Positions 29,298 to 38,741 of a stretch of DNA of 64,000 nucleotides are shown one piece after another. Each line of letters starts with the position of its first letter. Positions within the stretch are counted from its first letter, which is position 1. This DNA comes from an uncultured Gammaproteobacteria bacterium (GTDB lineage Bacteria > Patescibacteriota > Microgenomatia > Levybacterales > UBA12049), in contig CAZZCX010000003.1 in NCBI GenBank assembly GCA_964653195.1, positions 11,688 through 75,687 of the forward strand, written 5' to 3'. The notes under the pieces are model-generated. The model worked only from the letters and a program-made list of their open reading frames with translations, ran no database searches and had not been told where the DNA came from. The position numbers were made by a program, and so were the translations under genes.

Positions 29298-29645
29298 TTA
29301 GTTTGTTTTAATAGAGTCAACTATGTGCTTAAATGTTTTTGCATCGTTGACTAAAATATCATTTAGAATTTTTCGATCAAGTTGTACATTTGCTTTTTTA
29401 AGTGAATCTATAAAGACACTATAAGACATGCCTTCATTTTTTACGGCTTCGCTTAACCGTGTAATCCACAGAGTGCGAAAATTTCTTTTTCTTAATTTTC
29501 TACCATGATAAGAATAAGCATCAGCATGTAAGACAGCTTCCTTAGCTGCTCTTATAAGCTTACTCTTAGTACCCCTATAACCTTTTGTAAGGTCTGCAAG
29601 TTTATTGTGTCTTCGTCTTGATACTATTCCTCTTTTTACTCTCAT
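29298..29645 (-). CDS. rplT: 50S ribosomal protein L20
   Basis: MRVKRG, KGYRG, KRNFRTLWITR, LDRK. Confidence 0.97.
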   Translation of the reverse strand: MRVKRGIVSRRRHNKLADLTKGYRGTKSKLIRAAKEAVLHADAYSYHGRKLRKRNFRTLWITRLSEAVKNEGMSYSVFIDSLKKANVQLDRKILNDILVNDAKTFKHIVDSIKTN

Positions 29646-29723
29646 ATGATGATTTACACGGATTGTAAACTGATTTTCGCGGATAATCCGTGTGTATCCG
29701 CTTAATTTCTGTGAAAATCTTCT

Positions 29724-29921
29724 CTAGGCTACACCTAACATTCTTTTCACTTTTTTTGCAAATGCTCCTTGTAATACTCCTGGTTCTTTTTGTCTCCTTA
29801 ATCTTCTTTTTGATTTATTCAATTTTAAGTGAGATCCGAATTGATGGCCGAACATTACTTTTCCGGTTTTTGTTACTTTAAATCTTCTATTTGCTGATTG
29901 TCTTACTTTCACTTTGGACAT
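29724..29921 (-). CDS. rpmI: 50S ribosomal protein L35
   Basis: RRFKVTKTGKV...H...KSKRRLRR; between infC and rplT. Confidence 0.93.
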   Translation of the reverse strand: MSKVKVRQSANRRFKVTKTGKVMFGHQFGSHLKLNKSKRRLRRQKEPGVLQGAFAKKVKRMLGVA

Positions 29922-30462
29922 GTTTTTTCCTTTCCGGAGAAACGACAGCTACCATCTGTCTCCCTTCCATTTTTGCTTCTCTATCAACTTTTGATATATC
30001 CTGAACTGCCGCAATTACTTTATCCATTACAATTCTTCCAAATTCAGATCTAGTCACTTCTCGTCCTCTGAATTTTACAACTAATTTGATTTTATTGCCT
30101 TCAGTCAGAAATTCTCGGCATCTTTTGATCATATTACCGAGATCATTGTCAGACATAAATGGTCCTAGTCTGACTTCTTTTGTATCGGAACTTTTAGTTT
30201 TCCGCTTCTCTTCCCTTTTCCGTTTCTCTTCTTGGTAAAGAAATTTTTTAAAATCGATAATTTTTGCTACAGGTGGCTTAGCTAATGGCGCAATTTCAAC
30301 AAGGTCCAGTCCTGCATTTCTTGCTTTTTCTAAAGCCTCAAATTTGGACAGTACCCCGATTTGTTTACCTGTGTCATCTATGACCCTGAGCGTTGTTGCA
30401 TAAATTCGCTCATTTATTCGGTAAAATTTTTTCGTTTGTTGAGTTTTATGCTTTCTTATCAA
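29887..30462 (-). CDS. infC: Translation initiation factor IF-3
   Basis: INERI, GLDLVEIAP..KPPVAKIID, FRGRE. Confidence 0.96.
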   Translation of the reverse strand: MIRKHKTQQTKKFYRINERIYATTLRVIDDTGKQIGVLSKFEALEKARNAGLDLVEIAPLAKPPVAKIIDFKKFLYQEEKRKREEKRKTKSSDTKEVRLGPFMSDNDLGNMIKRCREFLTEGNKIKLVVKFRGREVTRSEFGRIVMDKVIAAVQDISKVDREAKMEGRQMVAVVSPERKKHVQSESKTISK

Positions 30463-32188
30463 TTTTCTCCTGTAACTCCATTATAAACTGATCAATTTTT
30501 TGTATTCCCAAATCCTTCCCTTCTCGAGTCCGGATAGAAATTCCTTCTTGATCAATTTCTTTGTCCCCTATTATACCCATAAATGGTGTTTTTTGTAAAG
30601 TCGCAGCTCGAATCTTTGCTTGTAGTGTTTCTTTATCGTTGTTTACATCAGTGCGGATTCCTTTCTCAATAAATTGTGTGGCTAATTTTTGAGCGTATTC
30701 GGTATGCCTGTCAGCTATGGGAAGTATGGAAAGCTGTAAAGGTGAAAGCCAAAGAGGGAAAGCGCCGGCTGTATGTTCTATATAGACAGAAAGAAACCGT
30801 TCTAGCGCTCCAGCCAAGGCGAAATGAATCATGACAGGGGTTTGTTCTTTTCCCTCACTATCAATATACTTTAACTTGAAACGTTTTGGTTGTACAAAAT
30901 CAAGCTGAGGTGTACCTAATTGCCATTCCCTGTTTAGTGCATCCTGAACCATAAAATCAATTTTCGGACCATAAAATGCTGCTTCTCCCTCTGCTATAAA
31001 ATATTCGAGATTATTCTTTTCGGCTATAGATAAAAGTATCTGTTGTGCTTTCTCCCATAAATCTGTATCCCCTAAATATTTTTCAGGTGTTTCATTACTT
31101 CTGAAAGATAATCGTGCCCTAAATTTCATATTGAGTGCCGAATAGAACTCTTTGACTATTTCGATCATTTCTCCGTATACCGATTCAATTTGGTCGATGC
31201 GACAAAAAGAATGACTGTCATCCTGTGTAACAGCTCTTACGCGTGATAAACCAAGTAATTCACCAGCTTTTTCATCCCGGTAAATAGTAGTAGTTTCAAG
31301 ATACTTTATAGGTAGGTCTCTATAGCTTCTAGTTTTAGATGCGTAAATTTGCTGATGATGAGGACAATTCATCGGTTTCATAACAAGTTGGTCAGTTGTC
31401 TCCTGGCTTTTTACGAGAAATAATTCATCGCCGAATTTATCCCAGTGTCCTGAAGTTTTATATAGATCATTTTTAGTAATATGAGGAACCCATACTTTTT
31501 GATAACCTCTTTTGAGCCTTAATTCTTGAGAAAAATCATTGATCAACTCGCGTAGAATTGTACCCTTCGGTGTAAAAAGAGGTAGTCCTTTACCGACTAG
31601 GTCTGAGAAAACAAATAAATCAAGTTCTTTGCCAAGTTTACGGTGATCTCTTTTTTGGGCTTCTTGAAGAAGATGTATATAGTCTTCAAGTTCTTTTTTG
31701 GTAGCAAATGCTGCACCATAGATACGTGTCAGCATTTTATTTTTTTCATCTCCTCTCCAGTAAGCGCCTGCTATAGATAAAAGTTTGAAAGCACCTATTT
31801 CATTTTTAGGATTATTTACGTGTCCGCCTTTGCATAAATCCCAGTAATTTCCAGATTTGTAAAAAGTTACGGTTTGTCCCTCTTTCGTAAATTCCTCTAT
31901 TAGTTCAAGTTTAAATTCATTACCTGGATATTCTTTTTTGGCCTCTATAGGCGTAAGTGTGTGTGCTTCAAATGAATCCCAAGAGGATAATATTTCCTGC
32001 ATTTTAGCTTCAATTTTTGGAAAATCGTCTTCTGATATTGGTTTCTTGAAGTCGAAATCAAAGTAAAATCCATTTTCAATAGCAGGACCAATAGTTCGTT
32101 TTGTGTCTGGCCAAAGCTCCATAACAGCAGCTGCTAGTAAATGCGCTGTCGAATGCCTTAGGTTACTGAGATATTGTTGATCCTGCAT
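30446..32188 (-). CDS. thrS: Threonine--tRNA ligase (no TGS domain)
   Basis: RHSTAHLLA, DHRKLG, KPMNCPHH, AAFYGPKID. Confidence 0.97.
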   Translation of the reverse strand: MQDQQYLSNLRHSTAHLLAAAVMELWPDTKRTIGPAIENGFYFDFDFKKPISEDDFPKIEAKMQEILSSWDSFEAHTLTPIEAKKEYPGNEFKLELIEEFTKEGQTVTFYKSGNYWDLCKGGHVNNPKNEIGAFKLLSIAGAYWRGDEKNKMLTRIYGAAFATKKELEDYIHLLQEAQKRDHRKLGKELDLFVFSDLVGKGLPLFTPKGTILRELINDFSQELRLKRGYQKVWVPHITKNDLYKTSGHWDKFGDELFLVKSQETTDQLVMKPMNCPHHQQIYASKTRSYRDLPIKYLETTTIYRDEKAGELLGLSRVRAVTQDDSHSFCRIDQIESVYGEMIEIVKEFYSALNMKFRARLSFRSNETPEKYLGDTDLWEKAQQILLSIAEKNNLEYFIAEGEAAFYGPKIDFMVQDALNREWQLGTPQLDFVQPKRFKLKYIDSEGKEQTPVMIHFALAGALERFLSVYIEHTAGAFPLWLSPLQLSILPIADRHTEYAQKLATQFIEKGIRTDVNNDKETLQAKIRAATLQKTPFMGIIGDKEIDQEGISIRTREGKDLGIQKIDQFIMELQEKIDKKA

Positions 32189-32256
32189 ATTTTTATTAAC
32201 TATTAACTATTCGCAATCTAACTACAATGGCTTTACTATAGCAAATTCAGTATTAC

Positions 32257-32284
32257 TTGACAATTGATGAGATAAATTTATAAT
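32257..32284 (+). promoter_or_regulatory. Sigma70-type promoter of the leader / ATP-grasp operon
   Basis: TTGACA-N16-TATAAT; leader ATG begins 7 nt after the -10 box. Confidence 0.7.
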
Positions 32285-32290
32285 TACATA

Positions 32291-32338
32291 ATGATTGTGA
32301 AATATGCCGTAAATAATTCAAAGAAACACCTCTCGTAA
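32291..32338 (+). CDS. Leader peptide MIVKYAVNNSKKHLS (Lys or Asn sensing?)
   Basis: Hand-translated 15-aa ORF followed by GAGGGG and a terminator. Confidence 0.7.
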   Translation: MIVKYAVNNSKKHLS

Positions 32339-32367
32339 GGAGGGGTTTTCGTGTTATTTAATTACGA

Positions 32368-32389
32368 CCCCTCTGAAGAGGGGTTTTTT
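32368..32389 (+). terminator. Attenuator terminator before the ATP-grasp gene
   Basis: CCCCTC-TGAA-GAGGGG-T6. Confidence 0.85.
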
Positions 32390-32401
32390 AGTGGAATAAA
32401 T

Positions 32402-33691
32402 ATGAAAGAAAAATATAACAGAATAATTGCACATTCATCTGTCGAAGCTTATCGAAATGATGGTGATGATGAAGATAGGTACTATATACCTTGGCGTGTT
32501 GCTGCAGAAGCTGCAGGAAGAATCAAAAACGGCGAAAGAGTACTTACAGTGCTACCTAGAAAGGATAGGTTTAATGAATACCTTACGTTATTAAGTGAGG
32601 TATTACTAAAAGGTACCCCAATACCCATATTGTTTACTCCAGATAATGATTATTTGATGGACGTTGATATAAGACACCATTTATTGCCACAATTGTCGGG
32701 CATGGTAGATAGAGATACCACAGTCATTCCCTATCAAGCAACAAATGAATTTTATGACTGGGCTCAGGTTTTAGAGCAGGAAAAGGGTATAAAAATCTAT
32801 GCAGATCGTAAAAGAGAAGATTTAAGATTCTGGTGGGGTCATAAAGGAGCTTATCATAGATGGATAGATGATATTGAAACTCCATCTCCGTATGAAAATA
32901 TAGGTATTTCTATCCCTAGAGGTTATATAGCTCAGAATTATGAAGAACTTGAAGGTGCCAGAAGTTTATTGGGGTCAGGAATAGTCGTTAAGCCAATTTT
33001 TGGTGCTGGAGGTTTTCAGATTGAGAAATTTGGCGAAACTGAAAATTTATCAGGATATGACTGGCCAATTGATCCACATACTAAAAGAAATATGCCAGTT
33101 GCAGTGCAGGAGTGTTTGCCGATCTCAAATGATATATTTGGCGAGAGAGTCTATTCACACCAGTTTGCAGGACAAAAATTACAAGGACGACTGACAAGGC
33201 AAATTATGGATTCTGATACAGGTAGGCAATGGATAGGCAATAGAATTCCTGCAGGTGTTTCAGTTGATTTCGAACGAAAAGCTGACAGAATGTGTGAGAT
33301 GTTAATAGATCGAATTAATCCTCTTGGTGATGGCGGAATAGATTTAGCTGAAGTATTAGGTGAACCTGTATTGATAGAAGTAAATGGTGGCAGGCCGACA
33401 GGGGCGACAGGTCCTAAGATATTTCAAGCATCTTTTGCTCCTGATGCTCCGCATTTTATTTTTACTAAAGTAGCACCAAATGGCTATTCAGCTCATGATG
33501 CGTGGGACAGTTTGCATAGAGTTACTGGACCTAGATCAAAACGGAAAATAGTTTTTCAAGAAAGAACTAGACGAGGTGTATTCCCAATGGTTTGGTTGAA
33601 TGATTCGTGGGGTATGCTTGCAAGCTTTGGTGATTCATATGAGGAAGCTGACTCGCAGCTAAAACAAGCGCGTGATAAATTAGGAGTATGA
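32402..33691 (+). CDS. ATP-grasp fold ligase of unknown substrate (start revised to 32402)
   Basis: VVKPIFGAGG, VQE, GGIDL...IEVNGGRPTG; the track start at 32351 lies inside the attenuator. Confidence 0.7.
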   Translation: MKEKYNRIIAHSSVEAYRNDGDDEDRYYIPWRVAAEAAGRIKNGERVLTVLPRKDRFNEYLTLLSEVLLKGTPIPILFTPDNDYLMDVDIRHHLLPQLSGMVDRDTTVIPYQATNEFYDWAQVLEQEKGIKIYADRKREDLRFWWGHKGAYHRWIDDIETPSPYENIGISIPRGYIAQNYEELEGARSLLGSGIVVKPIFGAGGFQIEKFGETENLSGYDWPIDPHTKRNMPVAVQECLPISNDIFGERVYSHQFAGQKLQGRLTRQIMDSDTGRQWIGNRIPAGVSVDFERKADRMCEMLIDRINPLGDGGIDLAEVLGEPVLIEVNGGRPTGATGPKIFQASFAPDAPHFIFTKVAPNGYSAHDAWDSLHRVTGPRSKRKIVFQERTRRGVFPMVWLNDSWGMLASFGDSYEEADSQLKQARDKLGV

Positions 33692-34752
33692 ATACAGCAA
33701 TGATTAATTTATTTTTGGACTTAGTTAAAATTGATAGTCCCACTGGAGAGGAAGCAAATGTATTGAAATACGTAAATACATTTCTTAAGAAATTTGGAAT
33801 AAATTCACACTTTGACGATTTCGGTAATTTATATGCAAAGATCGATGGATTTTTAAATCCAATTCTACTTTCTGCACATGCTGATACTGTTGAGCCGGGA
33901 AGAAATATAAAACCGAAGATAATAGACGGAATTATAAAAAGCGATGGGAAAACGATACTTGGTGCGGACAATAAAGTAGGCCTTGCAGTGATTCTTGACA
34001 CAATTCGCGAGCTAATTGAAAAAAAAATACCTCATAGAAATTTAGAATTTGTGGTTACGAGATCTGAAGAATCAGGTAATTATGGAGCTATAAATTTGAA
34101 CTATTCACAAATATCTGCAAAAATCGGTTATATATTTGATAATAGTAACCCAATCGGAACTATAATTTCCGCATCACCCTTTTATTACCGATTTGACATG
34201 AAATTTATTGGTAAAGCTGCGCATGCATCTAGTCCTCAAAAGGCAATTAATATACTACCTGCGTTTTCTGATTTTATAAATTCTATAAAACTTGGAAGAA
34301 TTAATGAACAATTGATAGCCAATATTGGAGTAATAAATTCGGGTCATGTGCGAAATTCAATTCCAGGGGAATTATATATTGAAGGAGAGGTACGGGGGTT
34401 CAAAAACGATGAAGTCCAAGAGTTTTTAAATATACTGATCTTGAATGCAAAAAAATCAGCCTACAAATATGGTTGTAAAATAAAATATGAAACAGTTTGT
34501 GAGAATAGCGGATATATGTATTATAGAAATGATCAGTTTATAAAAGAGACTATAGTAAAAATGAGATTAATAAAGCGTCAATTTAGACTCAAAAAATCCT
34601 TAGGATGTTCAGACGCAAATATTTTTCAGGAACACGGGATAAAGGTGCTAGATTTGGGAGATGGCTCGAAGAATTCACACACAGTAAATGAATCTATAGA
34701 AATTAAAAACTTATTAAATTTGAAAAGTTTACTTATTTCTTTGGTGACCTAA
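33688..34752 (+). CDS. M20 family metallopeptidase (peptidase T-like)
   Basis: DSPTGEE, SAHADTV, LGADNK, EESG, GKAAHA, SDAN, HTVNE. Confidence 0.88.
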   Translation: MNTAMINLFLDLVKIDSPTGEEANVLKYVNTFLKKFGINSHFDDFGNLYAKIDGFLNPILLSAHADTVEPGRNIKPKIIDGIIKSDGKTILGADNKVGLAVILDTIRELIEKKIPHRNLEFVVTRSEESGNYGAINLNYSQISAKIGYIFDNSNPIGTIISASPFYYRFDMKFIGKAAHASSPQKAINILPAFSDFINSIKLGRINEQLIANIGVINSGHVRNSIPGELYIEGEVRGFKNDEVQEFLNILILNAKKSAYKYGCKIKYETVCENSGYMYYRNDQFIKETIVKMRLIKRQFRLKKSLGCSDANIFQEHGIKVLDLGDGSKNSHTVNESIEIKNLLNLKSLLISLVT

Positions 34753-34762
34753 AATTTCAGAA

Positions 34763-35008
34763 TCACTGGATGCGTATGCTTTGATTATGTTGTAGTACAA
34801 AATCAATAATTTCAGATACAAAAGAACCTACGACCGGCACCAGATTTGCTTGAGTTGCGATAAAGCCAAGAATTGCTACAATTAATGATACGCCGAATGT
34901 AGCACCAAGTCCCCATGCGATTCCACCTATAAAGTTATTAAAAAATATCTCACCTCTGCTTTTATAAATATGATTTGATTTCTCATCTACCATAAAGTAA
35001 TTATTCAA
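34763..35008 (-). CDS. Small membrane protein (DUF5665-like)
   Basis: NFIGGIAWGLGATFG...PVVGSFV pattern, from recall. Confidence 0.65.
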   Translation of the reverse strand: MNNYFMVDEKSNHIYKSRGEIFFNNFIGGIAWGLGATFGVSLIVAILGFIATQANLVPVVGSFVSEIIDFVLQHNQSIRIQ

Positions 35009-35075
35009 TAAAATAAATCATATTACAAGGATTCTTAACTTAAATTGTGAATAATGAAATTGGAAAAATTTAATT

Positions 35076-35110
35076 TACTAAATACTAAATACTAAATACT
35101 AGATACTAAA
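35076..35110. repeat. Heptamer tandem repeat (TACTAAA)x5, one variant copy
   Basis: tactaaa tactaaa tactaaa tactaga tactaaa. Confidence 0.85.
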
Positions 35111-35111
35111 T

Positions 35112-35699
35112 CTATAATCCTAGTTCTTTATGAATCCCCTGCATTGCTTTTAGTACGATTGAAATAAATTCCTTTAGTGGGATTTTCAGTTTATCTTCAC
35201 AAAGCAATATTGATTCTCTTTTTGCTCCTTTTGCAAATGCTTTTTCTCCGAAACGTTTCAATATATACTCTGGTGTGAGTGATTCAAGTTTTTTATCTGG
35301 GTGTACAAGTGCGCCAGCGACAATAAGGCCAGTAAGCTGATCTGCGCAGAATATTGCCCAATCAAGTGTTGAATTTGGCATCACACCTGTCATTTCGAAA
35401 TTGTGTGATTTGATAGCATGAGCAATTGGTTCAGGAATTGCATCGGGTTCGTATTCTTTTTCAAAAATTAGTTTTCCATGCAAATCCAATCTATTTGTAT
35501 TTTGTGCGACTTCATAATCTATATCATGAAGTAAGCCTGTTATTCCCCAAATTATTTCATCGTTTTCTTTTTGTTTATCATTTGGTGTCAAATATTTATA
35601 TATCCCTTTCATTGCTGCTTCTGCAGCTAAGGAATGCTTGATAAGATTTTTATTTTGAAGATATTTGGTGAGTAATTTGTACCCTTGATTTCTATCCAT
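35112..35699 (-). CDS. HD-domain phosphohydrolase
   Basis: KHSL...GLLHDIDYE...SHN...DQLTGLI. Confidence 0.88.
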   Translation of the reverse strand: MDRNQGYKLLTKYLQNKNLIKHSLAAEAAMKGIYKYLTPNDKQKENDEIIWGITGLLHDIDYEVAQNTNRLDLHGKLIFEKEYEPDAIPEPIAHAIKSHNFEMTGVMPNSTLDWAIFCADQLTGLIVAGALVHPDKKLESLTPEYILKRFGEKAFAKGAKRESILLCEDKLKIPLKEFISIVLKAMQGIHKELGL

Positions 35700-35703
35700 A
35701 AAG

Positions 35704-35777
35704 TGGGCCCGAGAAGATTCGAACTTCTGACCTTTGCAATGTCAATGCAACGCTCTAACCAACTGAGCTACGAGCCC
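35704..35777 (-). tRNA. tRNA-Val(GAC)
   Basis: Anticodon arm TTGCA-TT-GAC-AT-TGCAA; GTTCGAA T-loop; paired acceptor stem. Confidence 0.95.
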
Positions 35778-35895
35778 AAAAAACTAGGTTCAATTGTAAC
35801 AAAATGAATATGCGAAAACAACGTACATACAATTTTATACCAATCATTCATGTTATAGAAATACTTTCTTAATTATATAAAAAACTAATATATAC

Positions 35896-36714
35896 TTAAG
35901 AAGATTTATATCTTTGAAGATAAGTACCTAATTCAGGAACATTATTTATGTAATGGTATGGGGCTGTCAGTAAACCAGATAGATTTGGACCAACTAATAT
36001 ATTACTTCCAGTCGCATTATTTACAAACGCGGGAATATCATTATGGTCGTTGCCAGCAAATAATACATCTGTTGGGTCAAAACCTAATAACTCCCTAATA
36101 TCACTCAGTCCAGTACCTTTATCAATACCGCGCCTATTAACATTTACTAGTCCTTCGTTTGTACTAGCGTTAATACCATTTGGTAATGCTGTAATCCATT
36201 CGTCATTTAGGGGTTTAATTGCAAGCATACTGGGATTATCGATTTTTGCCTTATGTTCGAACGAACTTGGAGGTAGGTGAGAAACTACTGCAAAATGTCC
36301 ATATTTTTTTTGTAATTGTTCTGCGTTGCTAGCGTTAGGAGTCCAGACAACAGCTTTTCTACGTGTCTTCTCAGGAAAATAAGCAACGAAATTGACGTCT
36401 CCCATAAGTGTGGCGTCTACAACTGCGGTTATTTCACTTGAATGCAATGGATGGTATATGATGTTTTGCCTGCCTCCCCATTTTGTAATCCTTGAACCAT
36501 TTTCTAAACCAACGAGAATTCCTCTTCTGACTAATGATGGGTAATTTAAGCCTAGTGCTTCTCGAGCCCGCTTATAGCCTCTTCCTGTAAGTATTGTGGT
36601 AATTACTCCTTCTGAATAAAGATTGCGAAATCCTTCTATAACTTCAGGCGGTATCCCCTCACTATTTCGTATTGTGCCATCAATATCAAAAATACCCAAT
36701 CGTATGTTTTCCAT
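35896..36714 (-). CDS. Cof-type HAD-IIB phosphatase
   Basis: FDIDGT, TGR, ENG, DKG, GNDHND. Confidence 0.85.
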   Translation of the reverse strand: MENIRLGIFDIDGTIRNSEGIPPEVIEGFRNLYSEGVITTILTGRGYKRAREALGLNYPSLVRRGILVGLENGSRITKWGGRQNIIYHPLHSSEITAVVDATLMGDVNFVAYFPEKTRRKAVVWTPNASNAEQLQKKYGHFAVVSHLPPSSFEHKAKIDNPSMLAIKPLNDEWITALPNGINASTNEGLVNVNRRGIDKGTGLSDIRELLGFDPTDVLFAGNDHNDIPAFVNNATGSNILVGPNLSGLLTAPYHYINNVPELGTYLQRYKSS

Positions 36715-36747
36715 AAATATAAATTATACTATAGGATTATTAAAAGA

Positions 36748-37596
36748 TCAAATTAAAGCTCCGATTGAGGCAGGATGATTTATTGTGGTTATTTTAAACT
36801 CTCGTGCTTGCATAAATTTAGGTAGTTTTTTTGAATAATTCTTTGTAACTTGCGGTAACCATGATTCCGCAGATTTAGTTACAGAACCTCCAAATACAAA
36901 CAATTCCGGGTTATAGAAATAAGATAAGTTCACGATAAAGTTACTTAGATAGTTCACATACATAATTACAATATCATTATGTTTTCCATCAAATATTTCT
37001 TCAGGCGGGAGGATTTTACCTGTTTTATAAATACTTAACGACTTTAGACCCTTACCTGCTAAAAGATTATCTGCGGTTTCAAATTGTTTTTTTTCATAAC
37101 TCCAAATATCCATGGGAGATATTTCTCCAGCCATATTACTAGAACCCCTTAAAATAATGCCATTCTCTATAGCAACTACGCGAATACCTGTGCCTAAGTT
37201 TATGTAGACTAAAGAATTATGTTTTTTACCGTACCCATATAATTTTTCTGCTTTTGCCATGCATATAACATCGTTATCTGAATCAAAAGATTTGTAGTTT
37301 AGATACTTGTTTGCAATAGAACTAATATCAACCCCATTTCCTCCGTTTATTAAACTGGAATATATAATTCTGTTATTCATAATCGCACAATTTATACTTA
37401 CACCAAGTTTTTCATATCTTGAACCTCCAAATTCATTAGCTATAAGCACAAAAAGATTTTTAAGATCATTTAAATTTTTATGTTTAAATAAAATCGTAGT
37501 ATCTAGGCGTATTTCTTTTATTATTTCTAGGCTTTTAGTAAATTCTACACAAAGTATTTTTGTACCGCCTATGTCGATGGAGAGAAATTTTTTCAT
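36748..37596 (-). CDS. ROK-family sugar kinase
   Basis: IDIGGTK, DNDV, LGTGI, AGEI, FGGSV. Confidence 0.87.
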   Translation of the reverse strand: MKKFLSIDIGGTKILCVEFTKSLEIIKEIRLDTTILFKHKNLNDLKNLFVLIANEFGGSRYEKLGVSINCAIMNNRIIYSSLINGGNGVDISSIANKYLNYKSFDSDNDVICMAKAEKLYGYGKKHNSLVYINLGTGIRVVAIENGIILRGSSNMAGEISPMDIWSYEKKQFETADNLLAGKGLKSLSIYKTGKILPPEEIFDGKHNDIVIMYVNYLSNFIVNLSYFYNPELFVFGGSVTKSAESWLPQVTKNYSKKLPKFMQAREFKITTINHPASIGALI

Positions 37597-38741
37597 TTTT
37601 TTATATAATAAAATGGCTTGTTTTCTTTATCTTCTTTCCAGTAGACCCTAATAAATGTTTCCTTCATTCTCAATACATCGATTAGATATTCAATAGTAAA
37701 TATATTTTTTTTCACATGAAAAACAGGGACACCATGATACGGAAGTCGAATACAATTTTTATTTACTGGAATTATACCTAATCGATTTGGTTTAGGAGAA
37801 ACTGAAAGTGTAATTGCGTTAGGTACAGTTTTCTCAATAAAATTTAAGTCATCTCTTACCATTAAGTATGCATGATAGTTTAACAAAGTTTCATGGGTCA
37901 TAGCTTTTATATATTTTCGTATTTTCACTACTTCTGCTGTCGCTATTTTATTTCTGAGTTTTATATTATATACATCCATAAGTACCGAATTAGATACACC
38001 TAGATCTCGTGTATTAATTATTCTAGAAATGGAAAGCTTAGCTCCTTTATATTTTTTTAAAAAGTTTTTATCGGCATTTAGATAAAGGTTTTTAAGTTTA
38101 TTTACTTTTTCACCAAACACATCATTGAAATTATTTATCAGTTGTTCCATACTTTCCAATTCAACTATAAATAGTGAATTATCCCAGTTGAATTTTTTTA
38201 TAATTTCTATTAACAAGTCTTTATATGAATCATACTCAGATTTATCCATCTTGTTATACCTTCCAAATACACCTTCAGTCACAATTGTTATCTTTGCCCC
38301 AGGTTTATAGACCTTGCGAATTAACTCAGTTAGAAAATGTAATCTTTTTAAAGATAAAACTTCTCCCATATCAGGGAGCGATCGATTAGTTTTTATTGGA
38401 ACAGGCATTTTAAACGGAAAACCAAGAATTGTCAGCTGTATTGGTTTATTTTGATTTATAAAATATTGAAATGATTCTAGCCAGAAATCAGTGTTGTCAA
38501 TAACAAATTTTTTAGGCCCAAAAATAATTTCATCATCTACGAAAATATTTAGAATTTTTTCAGCGATAGAATTACCACTTAGAATTAATTCTGGATAAGA
38601 TAAAGAAGATAGTAGATCTTTCAAGTTTTCTGTAGAAGCTAATCGGTTCGGTTTAAATACCGCTTTAATTTGCTTCTTAGATAAATCCATGAAGTTCGTA
38701 CTTGGATAAACATATGGATTTGATTTCATTTTCATATTCAT
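37593..38741 (-). CDS. Isonitrile (isocyanide) synthase family protein (PvcA/IsnA/Dit1-like)
   Basis: GFPFK..P..KT...LPDMGE.LSL..L......VY.PGA.I.IV.EG and LS..PK..RLGI...LPYHGV match the recalled family pattern. Confidence 0.8.
   Translation of the reverse strand: MNMKMKSNPYVYPSTNFMDLSKKQIKAVFKPNRLASTENLKDLLSSLSYPELILSGNSIAEKILNIFVDDEIIFGPKKFVIDNTDFWLESFQYFINQNKPIQLTILGFPFKMPVPIKTNRSLPDMGEVLSLKRLHFLTELIRKVYKPGAKITIVTEGVFGRYNKMDKSEYDSYKDLLIEIIKKFNWDNSLFIVELESMEQLINNFNDVFGEKVNKLKNLYLNADKNFLKKYKGAKLSISRIINTRDLGVSNSVLMDVYNIKLRNKIATAEVVKIRKYIKAMTHETLLNYHAYLMVRDDLNFIEKTVPNAITLSVSPKPNRLGIIPVNKNCIRLPYHGVPVFHVKKNIFTIEYLIDVLRMKETFIRVYWKEDKENKPFYYIKK

Noticed and set aside
32351-32401. ORF-track N-terminal extensions (32351; also 51360 for mscL and 25971 for chorismate mutase)
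   Set aside because: They run through the attenuator, intergenic DNA or the upstream gene; downstream ATGs fit the protein families better.
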